From the NCBI GenBank assembly GCA_965644295.1, contig CBFFRP010000031.1, positions 1 to 19,147 of the forward strand: DNA of 19,147 bases. Reading direction: 5' to 3'. Below, one piece after another: positions 10,687-19,147 of the stretch. The notes under the pieces are model-generated. The model searched no databases. It was not told where the DNA came from and worked only from the letters and a program-made list of their open reading frames with translations. A program made the position numbers and the translations under genes. This DNA is from Paraphysomonas bandaiensis. Its lineage: Eukaryota; Protista; Chrysophyceae. How positions within the stretch are numbered: the stretch's first letter is position 1; each line of letters begins with the position of its first letter.

Positions 10687-10689
10687 TAG

Positions 10690-11075
10690 TGTCACGCATA
10701 CCTGTAGTTACTGTTATACGTGGAGTTATACGGTGTTATACTGCGGTACTCTAGGTAGCATGCTGTTGTACTTTCATTTTCAGTTTATTTAGTATACATT
10801 GCGGTTACTGTATTCTTGAAGGGATATAAGTCCCGTATATGTACAAGTATGATACTGTAAACTGTAGATGATTCACAGCAAGATAGAGTGTTGTATGATT
10901 TCACTTTTTTCTTTACACGTTTTAACGTAATTTAATTCATTCTATACTCGCGGTTTGCTTGTGTTAGGAGGCAGTTTCACCGGTTTGGTGTTCTGGACAG
11001 TGTATTCTCGGTTTGGGAAGCACTTTAAATTAATAAAACGTTGTAAACACGGTCTTTCTCATCAGAAAGATTACA
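10690..11075 (+). repeat. 3' LTR (386 bp)
   Basis: Identical by eye to 6019-6404; followed by TSD AAGG. Confidence 0.96.
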
Positions 11076-12254
11076 AAGGTAATTCAGTACTTCTAACACT
11101 ACTTATTAGTAGTTCCTTTCCGCCGTCGGCGTGGTAATGCTTCAATGTTTTACCTGTACACCGCAAGTACGTAACGACACGCTGGATGGAACTGATAACA
11201 AAACCTTCGTCTACTGTTTTTCCATATATATACAGGCAGGTATCATATTTATGCCTTGACCCGACATCTGCTATTCCAAGTACATACGATTCCCGGTAAC
11301 ACATATTCCCGTATCCCCTCTAGCATATTTGCTCTTCTCATTCTCTTAAGCAGCATCTGGCGGGTGGTTTGTCAGTGCTTACGCCTATAGGATATTCCTT
11401 TTGCACATCCGTCACAGAAAACCCCCACGCAGAGAGGCAACACTCATCTTCTCCTTTGTCAGCTTGACACCTTCTTTTATGTGCTATAAGACTGCAGGTG
11501 GTCCAGAAGCAGTTGAGAGGCGAGGTGAGACTCGTCACTAGAAGTACCGAGATTTGATAAGGGAATTTCGTAGAGTCCCCCAATTCTCTTACCCTTCGGA
11601 AACAATTTTGCATCCAAGGTCGTCGAATTGGCTAATGGATACTGTGTGTGAGAGTTCTTGGATTTGGGAATAATATAGCCCAGTTTTCCATGACCTGAAG
11701 AAGCCATAGTTGATCCTGATTTTGCTGTTTGGATAATATCAGTGTGACATTATACATAATATTTTGTGAGGTATCTGGCTTCAGACTTATAATCGAGAGA
11801 TCCCATTCCTTTGTCTTGATCGCAGACGAAGTTCGTTTCTCGTCCTTTATGGTACAATCTCGTCCTCTCTGCATCGAAGAAGGCCCTCTTCACTACATGA
11901 CAGTCGGTGAATTGATCTTCGTCGTTTCCAGTGCGCTGTTATGACTGAAGTTTTGCTTTCTTGAAATAAATGACGTTTTCCGTTGGATGACTTGTTATTT
12001 GTTTGCTGAATCTTTTCCCATGCATTCCGATGCAATGTGACCCTTTCCTCCGCATCGAAAACACTTAATGTCTTTTCAGCTCTCTTATCATGTTTCAGTT
12101 TGTTGAAACGGTTTTTGAAGGATGTCCCCTTTTTTGCGCTCGTGATTAACTTTGTTGCGGGAAAATAGGGGTTTGAAGCTGAGAGCTGAATACTGTTGGT
12201 TATCGTGTCTTCGATGCTCGATAAGAACGTTCCGACCGACGAGCTTCCTAATCT
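11076..12254 (-). mobile_element. Decayed Ty1/copia copy B (gag C-terminus, protease region, integrase)
   Basis: CFRCGGKGHIASEC CCHC knuckle at 12063-12022; SISQFDDLGCKIV near 11640-11605; HYHADGGKEL near 11140-11110; colinear diverged homology to 13805-12480. Confidence 0.85.
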
Positions 12255-14400
12255 GGCATAACTCAAGTCTGGTATTTCGTTTTCGATAAACTGAAGTGGA
12301 GACATAAATCCTTTTGCTGTTTGACACGGTAACCTGTTCTTGATGTGTATTGTCGCACTTGAGGCTTGCTCCCAGAAATTCGGTGGGAGTCCAGAGTCGA
12401 TAAGGCTGCTGAGTGCTCGTTCTTTTGTTGTCCGCCATGATCGCTCTTGGAATGGGTTATTCTCGGGGGTATACGGGGAGTTGAAAGTCCATGTAGCCCC
12501 TATTGACTTTTCTTGATACCAGTTCCTTCCCGCCATCTGCATGATAATGTTGTAGTCGTTTGCCTTTACTATGTAGATACATAACGACTTTCTGGATGGA
12601 TTGAATGACGAAATCTTCATCTCTCGTTGATCCGTAGGAGTCCCATTGGTGTCTGGAAGCTACATCTGTCATCCCGAGTATGTAACGGTTGCCAGTAATA
12701 ATTGCCTCTGGTGCATGGGGTCCAGAAAAATCGGCTACTACTAGCTCCCCCAGCTCATTCGCTCTTCTTACACGCTGGAGCAGCATTTGTCTGATAGCGT
12801 GTCTATGTTTTCGGCGATGAGATTTACCACTAGCACAACCATCACATAGGCCACCTGGTAAAGAAGTAGCATTCATCTCCGACTTCGTTAACTTAATACC
12901 CGTTACTAATTTTGACTGTACAGCTTTCTGTATGAGTCCAATTGAAGAATGTGCCAATCTCTTATGTGCTAGGGTTGCGAGTGGGCCTGAAGCAGTTGAA
13001 GCAAGGTGGGATTCATCAATAGGAGTACCGAGGTCTGTTAACGGAATTTCATATCTCTCTTACCCTTTGATAGCAGTATTTCATCTTTATATATCTCAAC
13101 TGATTGGTTTCCGAACAAGATTTTATACCCTAGGTCATCTAATTGGCTAATGGACACAAGTGTCCTTGAAGCATGGTCCACGTGCTTGCACTTGGGGATA
13201 ATACCAAGTCTTCGAAGAGGTCATAGTCGATCCTGACTTAGCTGTTTGAATGTCGGTGAGGCATTCCTCATAATTGGTGATGTATCCGGCTTCAGGTGTG
13301 TTGGAGACTGTGCAGCCAGAATCAAGGGTTCCCATTCCGGCTTCTTGATCGAAAACGAAGTTCGTTTCGTCGTTTGTTGGATATCCGACTCCTCCGAAGT
13401 CTCGTCCTTTCTGTTGTAGTGGACCACTGTCTTCGTAATCTGCAAACTGGTCGGAGTCGTCGTTTTCAGTGCTCTGGTGGGTCTGGAATCTAACTTTTTT
13501 GAATTTCCTACTGGTTGATTTGTTTCCAGAGGAATTCTTCATCTGTTGGATCCGTTCCCATGAGTGTTTGCATTCCGAAGCGATGATGTGTCCTTTTCCA
13601 TCGCATCGGAAACACTTAATGTCTTTGTCAGCCCTCTTGTCATGTTTCGGTTTATTGGAACGGTGCTGAAAGATGTCCCCTTTTTTTGCGCTTAGAATTC
13701 ACTTTTTTTCGGGAAAATGGGGTTTTTGAAGCTGCAAGCTGAATACTGTCAGTTTTTGTTTCTTCGTTGTTTGACAAGAGCATTCCAACAGACGAGCTTC
13801 CTAATCCGCGTAGTCTGCGTATCAGTGTTTTGTAGTCATCGATAGGGTGCATCTGCAGGTTGATCGCCAATTCTCGATACGTCATATTCTCTTTCGATAC
13901 GAGGCCTTGGAGAATTCGTGATATGAGGCCTTGATCACTCGATGACCATAATTAAGAAGCTTGTTTTTGACCTTTCGACAACGTCAAGAAAATTGATTAT
14001 CGACTAACCTTTTTTGATTTTTATGCTCTGGAATTGTCCAATCAGATCAGTGATTACGTCATTTGTCGTTTTTCCCTGGAAGTACAAATCAGTCCAGGCA
14101 GTTTTACCGTCTCCATCGGGGACGTTCTCCAAAATCCCTTCAGCCTCTTCATTCCAACAACTGATAGAGCACAAACAACTGACCATAGGTAGTTATTACC
14201 TTCATCGTATAATCATTTCGCATCCTGATACTGTTCGAGTCGTATTATTGGTAGTCCTCGTAATCTGAGTTTTCTCCTGCTTCAGGCTCGATTGAGTGAT
14301 CGTTTTGTAGAGTATAAATGATCTTAGGCTTGCGATAGAACCATGCGCGGTACTTCTTCTCTTCTTTTACCACCTGGAGAAGTTCTTCGCATCGAATTTT
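12255..14400 (-). mobile_element. Decayed Ty1/copia copy A (gag, protease, pre-integrase, integrase core; no RT or LTRs seen)
   Basis: Gag VPDGDGKTAWTDL; knuckle CFRCDGKGHIIASEC at 13614-13570; protease LDSGC at 13326-13312; SISQLDDLGY; HKRLAH and CDGCASGK zinc-binding motif; integrase VVADFSGP / HADGGKEL / PYTPENNPFQER. The PR-IN order is copia-type. Multiple frameshifts; upstream boundary approximate. Confidence 0.9.
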
Positions 14401-14744
14401 GTCGTTTTGAGTCTTGTCGGTTGTCGAATCCGAGTCGGTTGTGTCGTAACTTTAACTACCATCCGTAACAACTGCAGATTTAAGCTTAGTAATATATAGT
14501 AAGAATAATGTTGTGGTTATTAGAGCGTAAAGTGATGAACACAGTAATGTAGAAAGCGAATAATAATGCAGAACATAACTATCGCACACAACGGAATAGT
14601 TAGAAAAGTATTACAGGCAATGACGATTGTTATGATGATGACCAAGTATCTTCAACAGATACTATATATTTCATTGAACATTATATTATATATCACATAT
14701 TCTATCTTATATTAAGATGAATCCTAATAGATAGTAGTAGTGAA

Positions 14745-14958
14745 CGTTGAGCCCTGCTGTTGGAGCAATTAAGAGCTGTAATTCTAAGGTATTGGAACTA
14801 TGACCTTTAGTTGAAGAATACAGTAGTGATTAACAAAATGAAATTGATGAAGGAGAAGAGATTAGATATTGATTATAATATTTATAATAAGATTATTGAG
14901 TGAATACACGTCCAGTTAACTTTTTTAGTAAATCATCCAATTGTGTCATAACTTGACA
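14745..14958 (+). repeat. Unidentified dispersed repeat family, copy
   Basis: Shares ATGAAATTGATGAAGGAGAAGAGAT and TGAGTGAATACACGTCCAGTTAACTTT...ATCATCCAATTGTGTCA with 17666-17769, and CTGCTGTTGGAGC...TCTAAGGTATTGGAA with 16603-16661. Confidence 0.85.
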
Positions 14959-16602
14959 TACATAGTAGCGGATGATAGTTGGAAACAACTCCTGAAGTTT
15001 AACCAGTGGAATGTAACTGGACATTGAAGCAAGAGTCCATATACGACTTGTAGGGCTGGAGGAACGACCAGTGATAATACTGCTCAGTGTACAGTAGAAA
15101 CATACATAAAAAATAAAATCAGTACTATTTACAAAAAACGGATTTTTTTAGGCGAATTTACAGAAAGAAAAATCGAAAGAAGAAAAGTTAGAGACTACGA
15201 GCAACTTGGATCCGTCAGATATGTTGGAATGTATCGTGTTTAATGAATGTATGAACCCTCTGAAGAGACCCTGCATAATAAGAAGAATGATGTCTTCTAT
15301 CGCGTGGTGATTCAGTAAAGTGTCTAGATTGTGTGAATGGGGGTGCAGTGCTATCGATGAGGGTGCAAGTGAACAAGAGTCGCATCAATTATGCCTACAT
15401 TTGATGAGAGTGTTTCCTCATACGATGGATTGCTATCGATTATGCTCAACAGGTTGAAGAGTTCAACCATTTAATCGGACCATACCATCATGCTGATGAA
15501 GGCTTCTTCCTGTTTAGAGCTGCGAGAGTCGTAGTTCGGAAGGGTCCGATTGTGGCGTGTATATAGCCTTTTAGTAACTACTGGTAGAGAGCAGTTGGCG
15601 CACATAGCTGATATTGTGGGGCTAAGTAAGTCGTATAATTTGCGCAGGTGGCACGAAAATCCTGCGACCGTGATGATGGGGCAGGTGGTGAAGAGCGATC
15701 GATGCCGGCTGGGAGTGGGACACCTAAACAGTCTACGGTAGATGACTCATCAGGGAGTGAGCAGACTCCATGTGCCTTACCCGAGAGAAGCGTGAACACT
15801 TCGTCTAGAGAGACAAGTGTGTGTGTCCCTCTAGTAGTAGTCAAACTGCTAACCCGACTGCCTCAGCAAGCAAAAAGGGTACGCACCCGAAGAGTTGTGA
15901 CTAATATGTGTCCACTCTGGGTGATCAATTTCCTATATGTGGGGAAGATGCAGCTCACATGTAGAGCCCGAGACCTATGAGGAGTCTCTTCAGTGTAGAT
16001 TGACCTCTGTGAGACTGTACCTTTTTTGTGTCTAGTGAGACCAGTGATACTGTATCCGCTGAGTCTCTAGGGAGACTTGTGGTAAGCGTACGGGTGTTGA
16101 CTAGTGTGTCCACCCTGGGTAAGGTAAACCTTCTCTATGACGAGGAGATTGTCAACCTGTGTGTTGATAGTGACTGTGCACTATATTATTATATAGCTAA
16201 CAAAATATATCTAATTGTAGAGAGACCAAGACACAATATATGAAAAGTTTGTTAATTGCCTTGGTTTGCTTCAGTGTGTAAGTAGAGCAGGCTATATCTG
16301 CTGGCATGCAGGAACTGGTGTGGCTTCGGGGGGTGTTGGTCGAACTGGGACTTCGACTGTACAAACCCACTCCATTCTTCCTGACGGTCAGAGTGCTCGT
16401 AACTTAGCGTTGAATTTCGTAGTGTGATTTATCTCATGAGGATCAGAAATCGAGATCATAAATGTAATGTCTATGGTGTGGCTAGCTGAAACATCGGAGT
16501 CATACGTCCACCGGTTTGTCCTATGAGATTTTGGTGACTGTGTATCCGTCAGTTATGTCCCCTGGTTTGAAGATTCAATGTACAGCTTTGTATTGAGAGG
16601 GA

Positions 16603-16661
16603 GTGTTGATTTCTGCTGTTGGAGCGATTAAAAGCTGTATTTCTAAGGTATTGGAATTATG
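16603..16661 (+). repeat. Unidentified dispersed repeat family, short copy
   Basis: Similar to 14745-14803 and to the reverse complement of about 17370-17430. Confidence 0.75.
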
Positions 16662-16869
16662 ATCCCTCGACAAAGTCGGACTCGCACCTTTTCGTGGTTT
16701 TCTGGGGGCTAAAAGTACCGGAGAGACTCTCTCTGGGAAACTAACGTGAGCCGCAAACATAGTCAGCAGATATTTTTCTGCCCACTCATAGGCGAATGCT
16801 TGTGTGGTACAAGGGACACCAATAAGTGTCACTTGTGTAGACGTCTTTGGGCCCTGACGAATAAACAGA

Positions 16870-16980
16870 CATCCAGGAATGGGCCCACCTCAAGGGCATC
16901 CGGGACAGGGCCCACCTGAAGGGTAACCGGGGTACTGGGCTGCCTGCTGAAATCAAGCATCCGGGATGTTCACCTTAAGA
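16870..16980 (+). repeat. 27-bp GC-rich tandem repeat (2 full units plus degenerate units)
   Basis: CATCCAGGAATGGGCCCACCTCAAGGG / CATCCGGGACAGGGCCCACCTGAAGGG; CATCCGGGA recurs at 16958. Confidence 0.75.
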
Positions 16981-17218
16981 ACTCAGAGCGGAAGTGGTCG
17001 CACAATGGTGCTTGCGGCGACGCACAAGCAGCTACCGTAGCGTTAAATAGTAGGATAAAAAAGTGTGTACTGATTAGTTACAGGTAGAGGTCTAACTAGT
17101 TTGTCTAGTGTTAGAAATAGACATTTTTAGTAATAAGACCTTTGTTAACACTTATATGGAATATTATATAATTATAAGAGATACCATACTTCATTCATTG
17201 ACGTTCACCAACTCTTTC

Positions 17219-17662
17219 TATCTCTACTACACCAACCATTTCTAGTACGATCTTACATCGTCACTATCTTGTACAGTCAGTATATTTCAGTTTTATCACT
17301 ACAATGGCTATCATATTATTGGTTCTCATACTACAGCTAGCTACTACTGTATTCTTTGAGTAACGGATATAATTCTAATATCTTGGAAACTACAGCTTTT
17401 AATTGCTCACAAACAGCAAAACTCAACATCTAGCATTCATCTAGCTACTAAGTTGGTGCAGGTTTTTAACGCCTATTGCTAATAATAAGACTTTCAATAT
17501 GGAATTATGACCGTTAGTCGAAGAATACAGGAGTAGTGGTTAACAGTATTATGAGAACTAACAACATGATAGCTATTGTAATAATGAAACTGAATATAAT
17601 ATATTGATCATACAAGATAGTGACGATGTAAGATCGCACGAGAAATGATTGGTCGTAGAGAT
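17219..17662. repeat. Long imperfect inverted repeat (arms about 165 bp)
   Basis: 17219-17381 vs 17497-17662; perfect 26-bp core 17248-17273 / 17611-17636 (TACAAGATAGTGACGATGTAAGATCG). Confidence 0.88.
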
Positions 17663-17930
17663 AACATGAAATTGATGAAGGAGAAGAGATATTGATTATA
17701 ATAAGATTAATGAGTGAATACACGTCCAGTTAACTTTAGTAAATCATCCAATTGTGTCAAAACTTGACAGTGAAACTGAAATATGTTGATCGTATAAGAT
17801 CGTGTCTATCTAATATCTAATCATATGAAAATAAATGAGAAGCGATGTTGATCTTAATTTTTAAGCAATGAGTGAATACTACGTTCAGCTAATGAAGTCT
17901 TTACTATCCAGATATGTCAAAGCATGATGC
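17497..17930 (+). repeat. Unidentified dispersed repeat family, long copy plus degenerate tandem copy
   Basis: 17501-17769 matches 14793-14958 with an extra segment of about 120 bp; TGAAACTGAA and TGAGTGAATAC recur at about 17771 and 17869. Confidence 0.75.
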
Positions 17931-18171
17931 AACCGTCTTTAAATTTTGCATTTCCCAGCCACTCTATCACTTATTGTATTAGCGGAATAGTTATAGGTTA
18001 TCTGTAATATGGGAAAGGGCCCGTAGTCAATTAAAAAACGGTCATAAGTAGTTGTACTTTCCAATTTTAATATGTTTAACGGGCCCAATGAATGCAAAAC
18101 TCAATAACGCAAATGCATGCAAACTGGTGTTGGATTAACTTAGCTTGCACCACTGCTACGCACCCGCCATT

Positions 18172-19089
18172 TTACTTGCGGCTGGACTCAAACAGTTTCT
18201 TTTGCTTCTCCCAATCCTTCCGAAGCTTTTTAATTCCACTCTTGGACAGTTTCTCTCCCGCCTTGTCGTGAGTAGGCACTCCATCATCATCGAACTGTGA
18301 GTAAAGATCACAGTGTGGGGGGCGGTACATATCCTGGGGGGCCAATGACATACGAGCCTAGGTAAAATCTTAGTTGAAACACATTATAAGTACGAATGCA
18401 TAAACGACACTCAAAACACTCTGCAGTACGTTTCAAAAAACAGGTTCACAGACGAGGACGAAGTCAGCTAACGCACCATTTTATCAGCCAATTGCTTTGC
18501 CTGCTCTTCCTTCCGCGATTTCGACGGAGCGCCTGCTTCCTTGGGTTTAGAATCCTGCAATATTGGTGAGATAATCGGAAAACCATCTGAGCCATCATTT
18601 ATGTATATACTAACTTGAGTAACTCACAAAAATACAATATTAGAAGTCAAAAGAGTACTATGACTGTTACATAACCAGTTTTACTACAAGAAGAGCACAC
18701 CTTCAATGGAACAGTAAGGTTGAACACCATCTTCGTAACACTAGTAGTTGTGGCTTCAGATATAGAAGGCATGGCGATCGGGCTATAACGATCTAGGACG
18801 AAAAACCCAAGACGCTCAAACTGTAGAAAGAAAAATAAAATTCGACACATAAAGCGCAAATATGAATGATACATACTTGATAGTGAGACTCCGGTTGCGG
18901 ATCCCACTTGAAAATGGAGGGATCCATAAGAGCATTAGTTTTTACTACCTAACAATATACAACCACCACTTCATACATTTCCTACTTAGCAAAAAATACT
19001 AAACATACCTCGCTATCAGGATTTAAAGCGCTCTCCCAGTCATCATCCGGTGGATCTTCACAACTAAAGAGGTGCGAATATAATCTCGC
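18172..19089 (-). CDS. QARS: Glutaminyl-tRNA synthetase (GlnRS), 3' part: anticodon-binding domain plus C-terminal extension; spliced, 5' part lies beyond the window end
   Basis: Five exons joined by GT..AG introns give one open frame: 19089-19009 (ARLYSHLFSCEDPPDDDWESALNPDSE), 18948-18877 (VVKTNALMDPSIFKWDPQPESHYQ), 18820-18701 (FERLGFFVLDRYS...MVFNLTVPLK), 18554-18477 (DSKPKEAGAPSKSRKEEQAKQLADKM), 18357-18172 (ARMSLAPQDMY...KKLFESSRK*). Introns are 60, 56, 146 and 119 nt. The motifs RLYxxLF, LNPDS, QFERLGxF and VFNxTVxLKD are hallmark GlnRS C-terminal motifs. Confidence 0.93.
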
Positions 19090-19147
19090 CTATTCAAATA
19101 AAGACAAAAAAATAAAATTAAAATCGTTAATCCATATATCTACAAGA

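Larger units (their letters stand above)
6019..11075 (+). mobile_element. Ty3/gypsy (chromovirus-like) LTR retrotransposon with both LTRs, non-autonomous
   Basis: Two identical 386-bp LTRs (TG...CA); AAGG at 6015-6018 and 11076-11079; empty site GATTGAAGGTAATTCAG at 1991-2007; polypurine tract before the 3' LTR; integrase last in pol, with a GPY motif and a chromodomain-like region. Confidence 0.95.
4970..11269. repeat. Segmental duplication, copy 2 (4970-6018 plus 11076-11269), interrupted by the gypsy element
   Basis: Same sequence as 951-2189 once the element and one TSD are removed. Confidence 0.93.

Noticed and set aside
10472-10792. Hydrophobic 106-aa ORF in the env position of the gypsy element
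   Set aside because: AT-rich 3' UTR bias explains the Ile/Leu/Tyr content; it runs through the PPT into the LTR and has no env features.
14225-14470. Candidate copia 5' LTR (TGTT...AACA on minus) followed by GTATCAG resembling a Met-tRNA PBS
   Set aside because: No second LTR, no TGG, and the region reads as gag-like coding sequence (KYRAWF...EQYQDAK*LYDEGNNYLW).
16575-16832. LLIAPTAEIN resembling DEAD-box motif Ia (PTRELA)
   Set aside because: No Walker A or DEAD motif nearby; it lies in a short repeat fragment.
17514-17723. 69-aa hydrophobic ORF
   Set aside because: The frame is not conserved in other copies of the repeat; likely an AT-rich artefact.
18647-18907. 86-aa ORF as a standalone gene
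   Set aside because: Only 18820-18701 is coding in this frame (a GlnRS exon); the rest is intron or out-of-frame exon.

Overview
Eukaryotic, transposon-dense window flanking the 3' end of one real host gene. (1) 18172-19089 (minus) holds the last five exons of a glutaminyl-tRNA synthetase, which the ORF track misses because it is spliced. It carries an extra C-terminal module resembling the tail of eukaryotic cysteinyl-tRNA synthetase. (2) 6019-11075 is a complete Ty3/gypsy chromovirus-like LTR element with identical 386-bp LTRs and a 4-bp TSD (AAGG). Its gag/pol middle is shredded, but the integrase C-terminus, chromodomain and an extra domain stay open. It has no tRNA primer-binding site; the post-LTR sequence is instead complementary to an 11-nt segment just downstream of its own TATA box, as in Tf1-type self-priming. 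(3) The element sits in one copy of an apparently identical 1239-bp duplication (951-2189 vs 4970-6018 plus 11076-11269), and the other copy preserves the empty site. The duplicated block is a mosaic of a LINE RT fragment, a CACTA terminus and a copia integrase fragment. (4) Also present: two tandem decayed Ty1/copia copies, a LINE 3' region with a CCHC knuckle, an AT-rich modular satellite, and an unidentified repeat family forming a long inverted repeat downstream of the synthetase. All alignments and translations were done by eye; no database searches were run.
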